Positions 19,864 to 28,623 are shown, counted from the first letter of the stretch. The stretch is 64,000 nt of DNA from an uncultured Holophagales bacterium (GCA_963842525.1 CAWJGT010000014.1:32001-96000); one strand, 5' to 3'. Program-made: numbers and translations. Notes: a model not told the origin generated them from the sequence alone.

Positions 19864-21351
19864 ATGGAGAATCGGCTTGCGGCTAGGGAAGAGACCACTC
19901 GGCAGAATTCTTCACAGATTGGCTTTGCCCTGGATCTCCTGATGCGCGGGCACGGCTGGACCGGGAAGAAGCTCGCTGAGGCCGCGGGCATCGCCCCCAC
20001 CACGATTTCCGCTTTTGTCAACGATGGCTTGAGCCGGGAGCGCCTGGAGGAGCTGGCCGAGCTCATGGGCCTGAGCCCGCAAGAGGTCGAGCGCGCCGTC
20101 CTCGCCGCCCGGCTTGTCCTGCCTCCCCAACCTTCTCCCCGCACACCGGTGGACCCCACACCCGAGGAGCGCCGCATCGCCGAGAAGGCCGCGGCCCTGG
20201 CTGCCTGCGAGGTGGCGGACCTCGTCCTGGACCTGCGCCTCCGGGAGATCCGGCAGGAAAACACTCGCCGTGATCTTGAAGAAGGAAGGAGGCTCGCCCA
20301 GGAGCTGAAGACCTACACGTCCGCCGACCAGCGCGTCCTGATCGAAGGAGCGCCGGACTACCAGCACTGGGGATTGGCCGTCGCCCTGTGCGAGGACAGC
20401 GAGAAAGCGACGCCGCGAAACCCAGATCACGCGCTGGCGCTGGCCGAGCTGGCCCTCTTCGTTGCCGAGCACGTGGAGGACAGCGCCTTCAAGCCCCGCC
20501 TCCAGGGCTGGTGCACCGGGGTTGGCGCGAACGCTCAACGAGTGCTCGGCCGCGACCTTCCCGGCGCTGCCACAACCTTTGCCCGCGCCTGGCGGCTCTG
20601 GCAAGAAGGTGAGGACTCGGCGGGCCTTCTCTCCAAAGCGCACCTACTCCATTTGGAGGCCTCACTACGCAGGGCTCAGCGGCTCTTTCCCAAGGCGCTG
20701 AAGCTGCACGACGACGCCCTGATGCTGGCCCGGCCCGAAGAGGAAGGCTCCATCCTGCTCAATAAAGCTGTCACTCTCAAGGAAAACGGCGATCCTGAGG
20801 ACGCCCTCCAGATTTTGGCACGGGCGGCCCGGCTCATCGACGCCGAACGGCAGCCACGGCAGAGATGTGTCCTGCGATTCAACCAGGCATCGAACCTGCT
20901 CCTGCTGGGTCGAGCCGCGGAGGCGGCACCGATCGTGGCCGAGGTCCGGGAGTTGGCCGGGCGGTTGCGCAACGCCGAGGACCTGGTGAGAACTCTATGG
21001 CTGGAAGGGAACTGCGCTGCCGGCCTGGGACAGAGTGAGGAGGCTCTCACCAGGTTGGAGCAGGTGCGGCACGAGTTCCAGGTGCGGGACAACCCCTTCG
21101 ACTACGCATTGGCGAGCCTGGACGTGGCGCTGCTCCACCGGCAGGAAGGCCGTTTTGTGGAAGTCAAGGTTCTGGCCGACCAGATGCTTGAGGTCTTCAA
21201 GGCTCAGAAGGTGGACCGGGAAGCCATTGCTGCCGTGATCCTGTTCCGCGAAGCCGCCCAAAAGGAGCAGGTCACCGTGGGGCTGGTCCGGCGTCTCCAG
21301 GACTACCTCTCCAAGGCGAGGAGCGATCCACAGATCCGCTTCGAGGGATAG
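19864..21351 (+). CDS. XRE-HTH plus TPR-repeat regulator, copy 1
   Basis: N-terminal HTH WTGKKLAEAAGIAPTTISAF, then TPR-like helical repeats (ILLNKA...GDPEDAL, LRFNQA...GRAAEA, LWLEG...GQSEEAL, YALASLDVA). Confidence 0.82.
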   Translation: MENRLAAREETTRQNSSQIGFALDLLMRGHGWTGKKLAEAAGIAPTTISAFVNDGLSRERLEELAELMGLSPQEVERAVLAARLVLPPQPSPRTPVDPTPEERRIAEKAAALAACEVADLVLDLRLREIRQENTRRDLEEGRRLAQELKTYTSADQRVLIEGAPDYQHWGLAVALCEDSEKATPRNPDHALALAELALFVAEHVEDSAFKPRLQGWCTGVGANAQRVLGRDLPGAATTFARAWRLWQEGEDSAGLLSKAHLLHLEASLRRAQRLFPKALKLHDDALMLARPEEEGSILLNKAVTLKENGDPEDALQILARAARLIDAERQPRQRCVLRFNQASNLLLLGRAAEAAPIVAEVRELAGRLRNAEDLVRTLWLEGNCAAGLGQSEEALTRLEQVRHEFQVRDNPFDYALASLDVALLHRQEGRFVEVKVLADQMLEVFKAQKVDREAIAAVILFREAAQKEQVTVGLVRRLQDYLSKARSDPQIRFEG

Positions 21352-21417
21352 TTGTTCGGCTGCTGACTTGCGAAGAGGAGGGAGGGGTTCGTTACCCCTC
21401 CCAAGAAAGTTGTGGCC

Positions 21418-21744
21418 TCAACTTCCGGGCAAACAGCCGCCGTGGGGATCAATCCCGCAGCCTTCACCCGTTGTGGGCTGCGAGACCGCGGCGCAGCCGC
21501 CGTTGGGGTCGAGATTGCAGCCCTCATCCGTTGTGGGCTGCGCGACTGCCGCGCAGCCGCCATAGGGGTCGATCATGCAACCATGCTCCGTCCAGACGGC
21601 CGTGAGGGTGCCCCAAAGGCGTGCGAGGATGTCTAACATGTGCGCCTCGGAAGAGGACCGGCTTGGCGTTGCCCAGGCGGGTGCGCACAACAGGGTGGTG
21701 ACCAGGAAGACGAGGAGGATACGGGCAAGTCGGCGATGGGACAT
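21418..21744 (-). CDS. Small secreted propeptide with three GCx[IL]DPxGGC repeats (108 aa)
   Basis: RBS AAAGGAG, signal peptide MSHRRLARILLVFLVTTLLCAPAWA, and repeats EHGCMIDPYGGC, DEGCNLDPNGGC, GEGCGIDPHGGC. Confidence 0.85.
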   Translation of the reverse strand: MSHRRLARILLVFLVTTLLCAPAWATPSRSSSEAHMLDILARLWGTLTAVWTEHGCMIDPYGGCAAVAQPTTDEGCNLDPNGGCAAVSQPTTGEGCGIDPHGGCLPGS

Positions 21745-21886
21745 ACCGGCTCCTTTGGCGGAGGCGGCCTTCAGGACGGCCGCCATGGCCGCGAAGACGC
21801 CCCCGATCCCTCCATGGTGCCCGGACCCGGTGAATTTATCCAACTCGGGCCCACAGCGGTGTGGGCCAAGGCGGTAAGAGAAAGCC

Positions 21887-23386
21887 ATGGCGCGCGACGA
21901 GAGCGAGCACGACGATCAGCACGAGAAGATCCTTTTCGGCGACTTCATCTCCTTTCTTCGCTGGCTGCCGGGGAATTGGTCCCAGGCCCACTTCGCCAGG
22001 AAGGCCGGGATCGACCGCAGCGACCTCTACTCCTATGAAAAAGGAAAAAAACGGCCGCGGGAAGCGACGTTCCAGTTGATCCGGTCGGCAGCCGGCGTGC
22101 CCCAGCGGCTCATTGGTTTTCTCCGCTGGTGCCACTGGCTGGTCCGCAGGGCGCTCGCCCTGGGCCAAGTGGACACCGCTCCGGCCACGGCGCCCCTGCG
22201 TGAAGCGACCCGGGCGGCCGTGTGGGACATCGTCGAGCGGGCGCTGGCCCTGGCCCGCGCGGAGCAAGCGCTGTTGCGGAACGCTCCGCGCCGGCTCGGC
22301 CCTCCGACACAGGAAGACCAACAGCGGGTTTCCGCGCTGTTCGAGAAGCTGAAGAGCTATCCACGGCAGAAGCGGCAGCTTCTCGTTCAGGGCGCGCAGG
22401 CGTACCGTGATCCTTTGCTCTGCCTACATATTTGCCAGAAAAGCGAGGACGCCGCAGCAAACGATCCGGGTGAGGCCCTGGTGCTGGCCGAGTTGGCCCT
22501 GTTCGTTGCCGATCATGTGGAGGAGGGCGTCTTCAAGCCCAGCCTCCAAGCCTGGTGCACCGGGGTCCTCGCAAACGCTCAACGAGTGATTGGCCGGGAC
22601 CTTCCTGGCGCTGCCACAACCTTTGCCCGCGCCTGGCGGCTCTGGCAAGAAGGTAAGGACTCGGCGGGCCTTCTCTCCAAAGCGCACCTACTCCATTTGG
22701 AGGCCTCACTACGCAGGGCTCAGCGGCTCTTTCCCAAGGCGCTGAAGCTGCACGACGACGCCCTGATGCTGGCCCGGCCCGAAGAGGAAGGCTCCATCCT
22801 GCTCAATAAAGCTGTCACTCTCAAGGAAAACGGCGATCCTGAGGACGCCCTCCAGACTTTGGCACGGGCGGCCCGGCTCATCGACGCCGAACGGCAGCCA
22901 CGGCAGAGATGTGTCCTGCGGTTCAACCAGGCGGCGAACCTGCTCTTGCTGGGCCGGGCCGGGGAGGCGGCGCCGATCGTGGCCGAGGTGCGGGAGCTTG
23001 TCGAGCGGCTGCGCAACGAGGTGGACCTCGTCAGAACTATATGGCTGGAAGGGAACTGCGCCGCCGGGCTGGGCCGGCGTGAGGAGGCGCTCACCAAGCT
23101 GGAGCAGGTGCGGCACGAGTTCGAGGTGCGCGAGAACCCCTTCGACTATGCACTGGCAAGTCTGGACCTGGCGATGATCTACCGCGAGGAGGGCCGCTTC
23201 GCGGAAATCAAGGCTCTGGCCGACCAGATGCTGGAGATCTTCAAGGCCCAGAAAGTACACCGGGAAGCCATTGCTGCGGTGATCCTGTTCAAGGAAGCCG
23301 CCGAGAAGCAGCAGGTCACCGCGGAGATGGTCCAGCGGCTCCAGAAGCAGCTCTCCAAGGTGAGGTGCGAAGTAGTGCCACCATAG
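21887..23386 (+). CDS. XRE-HTH plus TPR-repeat regulator, copy 2
   Basis: HTH WSQAHFARKAGIDRSDLYSYEKGKKRP; TPR region very similar to copy 1. Confidence 0.85.
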   Translation: MARDESEHDDQHEKILFGDFISFLRWLPGNWSQAHFARKAGIDRSDLYSYEKGKKRPREATFQLIRSAAGVPQRLIGFLRWCHWLVRRALALGQVDTAPATAPLREATRAAVWDIVERALALARAEQALLRNAPRRLGPPTQEDQQRVSALFEKLKSYPRQKRQLLVQGAQAYRDPLLCLHICQKSEDAAANDPGEALVLAELALFVADHVEEGVFKPSLQAWCTGVLANAQRVIGRDLPGAATTFARAWRLWQEGKDSAGLLSKAHLLHLEASLRRAQRLFPKALKLHDDALMLARPEEEGSILLNKAVTLKENGDPEDALQTLARAARLIDAERQPRQRCVLRFNQAANLLLLGRAGEAAPIVAEVRELVERLRNEVDLVRTIWLEGNCAAGLGRREEALTKLEQVRHEFEVRENPFDYALASLDLAMIYREEGRFAEIKALADQMLEIFKAQKVHREAIAAVILFKEAAEKQQVTAEMVQRLQKQLSKVRCEVVPP

Positions 23387-23442
23387 ATCCGAGGGCGGGG
23401 CTGCGACCCGAACGGCTAGTTCTACTTTGGCTTTGTAGATTT

Positions 23443-23518
23443 GCTGGGAGCGCCGGCATCCCTGCCGGCCGGCTAACCAAAGACGAAGAAGGCCGGCAAG
23501 GATGCCGGCGCTCCCAGC
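23443..23518. repeat. REP-like inverted repeat, class C (GGGAGCGCCGGCATCC ... GGATGCCGGCGCTCCC)
   Basis: About 27-bp inverted arms between convergent genes; a second copy lies at 24119..24259. Confidence 0.8.
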
Positions 23519-23540
23519 GGGGTCTGCAGGAAAGTCGCTG

Positions 23541-23866
23541 TCAACTTCCAGGCACGCAGCCGCCGTTGGGATCGATTTTGCAGCCCTCATCCGTTGTGGG
23601 TGCCGAGACTGCCTCACAGCCGCCATGCGGGTCGAGCATGCAGCCATGATCCGTCGTGGGCTGCGATGCCGCGCAACCGCCGTGTGGGTCGATGTGGCAG
23701 CCTTCCTCCGACCAGACGGCCGTGAGCGAACCCCAGAGGCGTGCGAAGATGTCGAGCAAATGCGCCTTGGAGGAAGACCGGCCTGGCATTGCCCAGGAGG
23801 GTGCGCACAACAACAGGGTGGCGACCAGGAAGACGAGGAGGATACGGGCAAGTCGCGATGGGACAT
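23541..23866 (-). CDS. Small secreted propeptide with three GCx[IL]DPxGGC repeats, copy 2 (1-bp deletion around codons 4-5)
   Basis: RBS AAAGGAG followed by ATGTCCCATCGCGACTT, versus ATGTCCCATCGCCGACTT in copy 1. Repeats EEGCHIDPHGGC, DHGCMLDPHGGC, DEGCKIDPNGGC. Confidence 0.8.
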
Positions 23867-24118
23867 GCTGGCTCCTTTGGACGTGGCCGTCGAAGGAATA
23901 GCATAACCCCAGGAGGGTCCTATGTATTGTTCCCGGATACCACCACCAGAGCAGTGGGACAAAGTCGAGAAAGGTCACCGCAGGACGTTCCGCTGTACCC
24001 ACCACGGTCTACCCTTCCGAGTGTTCTGCGGGAAGCCAGCAGTGGCGCTGGTGGGTGCCGATCCGCGCTGCGCGGAGCACTTCATCCAAAGTAGGCGCTA
24101 ACTTTCGCCGGAGGGAAA

Positions 24119-24259
24119 CCTGGGAGCGCCGGCGTCCCGCCGGCCCGGAGCTTCGCCGGCCGCTTGGGCACCGTCAGACACCACCACCGCTCCAGCTCTA
24201 GGCGGCCCCATCTCCTCCACGGCCTCGTGGAGAGCCGGCGGGACGCCGGCGCTCCCAGG
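24119..24259. repeat. REP-like inverted repeat, class C
   Basis: CCTGGGAGCGCCGGCGTCCCGCCGGC ... GCCGGCGGGACGCCGGCGCTCCCAGG. Confidence 0.8.
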
Positions 24260-24429
24260 GCCACCCTCCCCGACCCGGCTGTCACACAGGTGGACGAGGC
24301 AAAGTGAGCGCCTATGCCCGCCAGCTCCCCGGGAGAGGGGCTCGACCGCGTTGTACGCGGTCCCCGGTTGCCGTAAAATGTCTTCCGGGTTCGCGATAAA
24401 TACGAATCCCGTCGAAAGGGAGGTGTCCA

Positions 24430-24693
24430 ATGACCATGTTCCGCAAGGTCCTGACTGCGAGCGCTGTCGCCATTGTGCTTGCCTCCGTGCCCTCGCATCT
24501 AGCGGCACAGGATGGGCCAGCCGCGACCGAGGTACGCGCCTCGATGCTCGGGTGGTTTACCAGTATCTGGGGTGATCTCACCGCCTGGCTCGCTGGCGAA
24601 GTGGCGCCGGCTCCGCCTCAGCCCGAATGGCTTTCTCAGAGCCAAGCCGACAACGGGTGCATTGTCGACCCGCACGGCGGTTGCGGCGGTTAA
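24430..24693 (+). CDS. Small secreted propeptide with one C-terminal DNGCIVDPHGGCGG motif (87 aa)
   Basis: RBS GGGAGG, signal peptide ending LAA-Q, amphipathic WFTSIWGDLTAWL segment, and the same core motif as the other two peptides. Confidence 0.85.
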   Translation: MTMFRKVLTASAVAIVLASVPSHLAAQDGPAATEVRASMLGWFTSIWGDLTAWLAGEVAPAPPQPEWLSQSQADNGCIVDPHGGCGG

Positions 24694-24742
24694 AGCAAGG
24701 GCTTCTCTCGGTAGAAGCTTTTGGGCTATCATCCACGGGCTT

Positions 24743-25768
24743 ATGGCCCAACACCCGGGAGTGGGCGTGTGCTTGCCACCCTTCAGCAGCCCGGCGGCTG
24801 CGCGCCTCAGCTTGACCAACCAGCCGAACCCGAGTCGGATTCTTGCCGTCGCCGAGTACGGTTACAGCCTGAGGTTCGTGGATCCTCCTGCCGGGGTTGA
24901 GTGGTGCCGGGTCGCCGCAGACGTGTTCACCGACACCCTGGACCCGAGCCTACGGGGGCGGGTGGTTGGCTACTTCGGCAACAGTCTTCGCGTGGTGGGC
25001 AACTACGATGAAGCCAGGGAGGTTCTCCGTCTCGCGCTCGAGGTCCTTCCTGGCGACCCGCTCCTCCTCGAATTCAAGGCGTCCCTGCACCGAGACGTCC
25101 GTCAATTTGAAGTAGCTACCGAATGCCTGCGCGACGCCGCCGGGATCCAGCGGGCTTGTGGTGACGTGGCAGGGTTCGCCCGTACGCTGCTCATTACGGC
25201 CCAGGTGATGGACCTCGCTGGAAAATCGCAGGGAGCGGCCGGGCTTTGCCTCGAAGCCTTGGACCTTTTGGACAGCGCTGTTGACCCAAGCCGCAATCTC
25301 CTGCGGACTGCCGTCCAGAATTATGCGGGATACATGTGCCATGCTGGAAAGCCGCTGGCGGCACTGCGGGCTCTGCGAACGGCGGAGCCTTTGCTCGCTA
25401 GCGAGGAGCCGTACTTTAAACTTCGTCTCGAGTGGTTGTTCGGCCAGATCGCTGCCGCACTCGGCGACGAATCGGCTGAGCGTCGATTGGAGTGCGTCCG
25501 GCAAGAGTTCGCGAAAGGTGGCCTTTACCATGAGGCAGCTATCGCTACGCTCGACCTGGCCAGGTACTTCGTGCTCCGCCGGGACCCCCGCGCTGCACCC
25601 GTGGCGCTGTCAGTTGCCCCACTTCTCGAGTCTTTGGGGATCGATCGCGATGCTCGGGAAGCGAAGCTTCTCGGTGAGCTCGCGATGGCTGATTCGAACG
25701 TCGAGCACCTTATCGCCGAGCTCTATGAGGCGATCGTGTGGCGCCCCGCGGCGCGGCAGGTCGCCTAA
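24743..25768 (+). CDS. TPR-repeat protein without an HTH
   Basis: TPR-like YFGNSLRVVGNYDEAREVL, LEFKASLHRDVRQFEVA, LRLEWLFGQI and AAIATLDLA, homologous in pattern to the TPR part of the two HTH-TPR proteins. Start uncertain. Confidence 0.75.
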   Translation: MAQHPGVGVCLPPFSSPAAARLSLTNQPNPSRILAVAEYGYSLRFVDPPAGVEWCRVAADVFTDTLDPSLRGRVVGYFGNSLRVVGNYDEAREVLRLALEVLPGDPLLLEFKASLHRDVRQFEVATECLRDAAGIQRACGDVAGFARTLLITAQVMDLAGKSQGAAGLCLEALDLLDSAVDPSRNLLRTAVQNYAGYMCHAGKPLAALRALRTAEPLLASEEPYFKLRLEWLFGQIAAALGDESAERRLECVRQEFAKGGLYHEAAIATLDLARYFVLRRDPRAAPVALSVAPLLESLGIDRDAREAKLLGELAMADSNVEHLIAELYEAIVWRPAARQVA

Positions 25769-26133
25769 CGACCGGCAGCGCCACCGCTTTCGTCTTCGTC
25801 GTTCAGCCGCGGCCGAAGCCCGTAGCGTTCCATTGCGCGAAGGAAGCGCGTATCAAAGTCGTCGTCCGCGTCGCGGAATCCCTCTTTCCCATAGATGCTG
25901 GCGAAGAAATCGGCTGGCTTCAGGCCAAGCGCCAGGAGCACGGTAAAGATGTGCTCGGCGGTCACGGCGATGCGCCCCTTGAAGAGGTGGGTGAAATAGC
26001 CGTCGGCCCTGCCGGTCCTGGCCGCAAGCTCCTTGAGGTCAACTCCGCTCCGGTCCACCGCCTGCTGCAGGGCCTCGCGGAGCACTTTCGTCATCTCCTT
26101 TGCCTCGCGCTGAACTCGGGCTGGGCTGCGCAT
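25765..26133 (-). CDS. XRE-family helix-turn-helix protein
   Basis: GVDLKELAARTGRADGYFTHLFKG...LLALGLKPADFF; paralogous in pattern to 18878..19201. Confidence 0.75.
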   Translation of the reverse strand: MRSPARVQREAKEMTKVLREALQQAVDRSGVDLKELAARTGRADGYFTHLFKGRIAVTAEHIFTVLLALGLKPADFFASIYGKEGFRDADDDFDTRFLRAMERYGLRPRLNDEDESGGAAGR

Positions 26134-26193
26134 GTGCCTAGGATACGCCCCCCGCGCGGGGACCGTCAACTGAAGCGACTTCAATTTGGGGTG

Positions 26194-26222
26194 TTGACAA
26201 TCTCAGTTTGCTGTCTTATCCT
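26194..26222 (+). promoter_or_regulatory. Sigma70-like promoter TTGACA-N17-TATCCT
   Basis: Perfect -35, 17-bp spacer and 4/6 -10 match, in an AT-richer region divergent from the HTH gene. Confidence 0.6.
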
Positions 26223-26374
26223 TCAGTCATGGACATCAAGAGGCTCTTCCAGATGCCCGATCCGAGCCTCATGGATCGACTGAGGATTCTGAAGAAGCTG
26301 ACGTAGGAACAGCGCGCATTGAGTCACCCTTCCGGAGCCGATCGAGGCCCGGAATTTCCGAAAGGAGAAGCAGT

Positions 26375-26689
26375 ATGGTTACTCAGCAAGCAGTCGAGAC
26401 GAGTCTGAAGCCGGAGCGGGTGCAGGAGCCGTTCGCGACCGGAGCGGCGGCGCTCACTGCCGGAGGGCTGGTCATCCAGCTCAAGGCGGAGCGGGTGCAG
26501 GAGCCCACTCTGGCCGCGGCGGGAGCCACCGTCACCTACACCTACGAGCTCGCGGTCAATCAGCCCCAGGTTGTGGAGATCGAGCTTCCCATGGCGATCG
26601 TCACCCTTCTGGGTAGTCCCGCCTGGGGGGCTCCCGAGGTCGTGCCCGCTGCGGGCTGTCCCGCAGGAAAGGAGGAAAACAATGCCTAG
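26375..26689 (+). CDS. Small hypothetical protein with a duplicated LK[PA]ERVQEP motif
   Basis: RBS AAAGGAG; the motif occurs twice; stop overlaps the next gene. Confidence 0.65.
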   Translation: MVTQQAVETSLKPERVQEPFATGAAALTAGGLVIQLKAERVQEPTLAAAGATVTYTYELAVNQPQVVEIELPMAIVTLLGSPAWGAPEVVPAAGCPAGKEENNA

Positions 26690-27098
26690 AGCCAGTTCGT
26701 TTGCCCACGTCATACGGGACTGGGAGAGTCTGCTCGCTGCCCTCAACCAGCATGCAGAGCTCCAGGTCACTCTCGAAACCGAACGTCTGGCCCTGGAGAC
26801 CGACTTGACCGAGGCGCGGGCTCTCAAGACGCAGCAGGAGACACAGAATGCTGGCCGGCAGGAGCTGACGCAGCGGATCAAGACGGTGGTGGCCCACGGC
26901 AAGGACGTGGCCATTGCGATCCGGGCCGTGACCAGGGGCAAGATCGGTTTCCGCAACGAGCGGCTGGTCCACTTCGGAATGACTCCGTTCCGCAAGCGGG
27001 TGCGCAAGCTGGCGGTCAAGCCGGAGGGCGAGGAACCGGGCGACGAGCCCACCGGGCCGGAAGCTTCGGCGGGTGGAGCCAAGACGCTCGACTCCTGA
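26682..27098 (+). CDS. Small helical hypothetical protein, paralog A (…G..NE.L..FG..P.RKR)
   Basis: RBS AAAGGAGG; MPRASSFAHVIRDWESLL...; followed by an intrinsic terminator. Confidence 0.8.
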   Translation: MPRASSFAHVIRDWESLLAALNQHAELQVTLETERLALETDLTEARALKTQQETQNAGRQELTQRIKTVVAHGKDVAIAIRAVTRGKIGFRNERLVHFGMTPFRKRVRKLAVKPEGEEPGDEPTGPEASAGGAKTLDS

Positions 27099-27115
27099 AC
27101 AACTCAACACACCCT

Positions 27116-27145
27116 GGGGGCGTGCTCCGGCACGCCCCCTTTTTT
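27116..27145 (+). terminator. Rho-independent terminator
   Basis: GGGGGCGTGC-TCCG-GCACGCCCCC followed by TTTTTT. Confidence 0.85.
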
Positions 27146-27181
27146 GGAAGCCAACGCCGTTTCTATAGAAAGGAGAGGATC

Positions 27182-27550
27182 GTGTCGAAGCCGAATTCAT
27201 TCCGGGCTGTGCTCGCAGACTGGGAAAACCTGCTCAGCGCCGTCGGAGCTACGTCGTACGACATTCCTGACATCGCTTCCATCCGGAACGAGCTGGAGGA
27301 TGCTGTCCAGAAGGCCCGGGCGCACAAGATCCAGCAGGTTGCGCTCCAGATCGCCAGCCAACAATCGACGCGCCAGGTGAACGAGGCCTTGGCGCACGGC
27401 CGGGAGGTGGTCTTGCGAATGCGCAGCTTTCTGAAGGGTCGTCTCGGTCCCCACAACGAGGAGCTGCTCCGCTTCGGGGTCGCCCCAATCCGCAAGCGCG
27501 GGTCGCGCCACACGCTTCTGCCGCGGGCCGTGGAATCCCAGGTCAACTGA
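27182..27550 (+). CDS. Small helical hypothetical protein, paralog B
   Basis: RBS AAGGAGAGG and GTG start. SF..V..DWE.LL.A and G..NE.L..FG..P.RKR are shared with paralog A. Confidence 0.8.
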   Translation: MSKPNSFRAVLADWENLLSAVGATSYDIPDIASIRNELEDAVQKARAHKIQQVALQIASQQSTRQVNEALAHGREVVLRMRSFLKGRLGPHNEELLRFGVAPIRKRGSRHTLLPRAVESQVN

Positions 27551-27589
27551 AGCTCTCACAACTCCCTTGGGGGCGTGCTGCGGCACGGC

Positions 27590-27815
27590 CGGCCTGCGCG
27601 TCCCCGAGCTTCTGCACGATCTGACGGGCGGCACCGACACCAAGCACTACCAGCACCTGACCCGCAACGTCTATCGCTTCATGCCGATCCCTGTCACCAG
27701 CGAGGATCTGCCCCGCCTCCATGGCACGAACGAGCGGGCGGGTGTCCAGGACTATGGCGGAGCTGTCCGTTTCTACGCGCAGCTCCTGCGCAACGCGGCG
27801 GGCCAGCCTATTTGA
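27590..27815 (+). pseudogene. C-terminal fragment of an M20-family peptidase
   Basis: GGTDTKHY...NVYRFMP...LHGTNER matches the M20 C-terminal metal-binding region. There is no N-terminus, and the fragment starts at a broken terminator. Confidence 0.7.
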
Positions 27816-28245
27816 ACAGCGCGTCGAAGGCGGCGCGGGCGTCTCCCGGGGCTGGCTTGTCGGAGTCCTTGGCGAACTCCTGCGCCACCTTGGGGGTGAA
27901 AAGCGTGCACTCGTTGCGGGTGCTCTTCTTGAGGATCTTCGCCGGGATCGCCTCGAACTGGCGGCACTCCCAGCGGGCCGAGGTGTCGAAGTGGATGCAG
28001 TTCGAGCAGGTGTGGAGGTCCATGCCGCATTTGGCGCAGGTGGCGTCGACGGGGACCTCCTCGGTGAGGACCCGTTTCTCGCCGCACCTGGCGCAACGGA
28101 AGACGCTCTCGGTGGGGGCTCCCATCCCCCGGCCCCGCGGCGGCCCGTCTTTCTTCTCCCGAGGCGGCGGCGGACCGGGACGCGGGCTGCCGCGGTCGCC
28201 CGAGTCCTGGTAACCGCGCTGGCGGTATTTGCGCTCATCGGACAT
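27808..28245 (-). CDS. Cys-rich putative zinc-binding hypothetical protein
   Basis: RBS GGAGG; CARC, CAKC, CSNC plus two further Cys; ends ARAAFDALFK. Confidence 0.78.
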   Translation of the reverse strand: MSDERKYRQRGYQDSGDRGSPRPGPPPPREKKDGPPRGRGMGAPTESVFRCARCGEKRVLTEEVPVDATCAKCGMDLHTCSNCIHFDTSARWECRQFEAIPAKILKKSTRNECTLFTPKVAQEFAKDSDKPAPGDARAAFDALFK

Positions 28246-28308
28246 GGAGAGGTCCTCCAGCACGCAGTGTAGCCGAAACCGGCCCACGCCTGGGATGGCC
28301 GGGTTAGG

Positions 28309-28623
28309 ATGGCGGGCATGGAGAAGCTCACGGGATCGCAGCGAAAATGGCTCCGGGGGCAGGCGCACAGCCTGCGGCCCCTCGTGCAGATCGGCCAGAA
28401 GGGGTTGACCGAGGCCGCTCTCCGGGAGGTCGCCGCCGCCCTGGACATCCACGAGCTCATCAAGGTCCAGGCGCCCGGCCCCAAGGAGGACAAGCAGGAG
28501 ATCGCGCGCCGGATCGAGGAGGAGCTGGGCGCCGAGGCGGTGGGCCTGATCGGCCACAGGATCATCCTCTACCGCCAGAGCCCCGATCCGGAGCAGCGCA
28601 AGATCGAGCTGCCCGGTGACTGA
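28309..28623 (+). CDS. yhbY: CRM-domain RNA-binding protein YhbY
   Basis: LTGSQRKWLRGQAHSLRPLVQIGQKGLT...HELIKV...IGHRIILYR. Start could be 28318. Confidence 0.93.
   Translation: MAGMEKLTGSQRKWLRGQAHSLRPLVQIGQKGLTEAALREVAAALDIHELIKVQAPGPKEDKQEIARRIEEELGAEAVGLIGHRIILYRQSPDPEQRKIELPGD

Noticed and set aside
17300-27800. Prophage or integrative element
   Set aside because: No integrase, transposase, structural genes, tRNA target or att pair was seen; described only as an accessory island.
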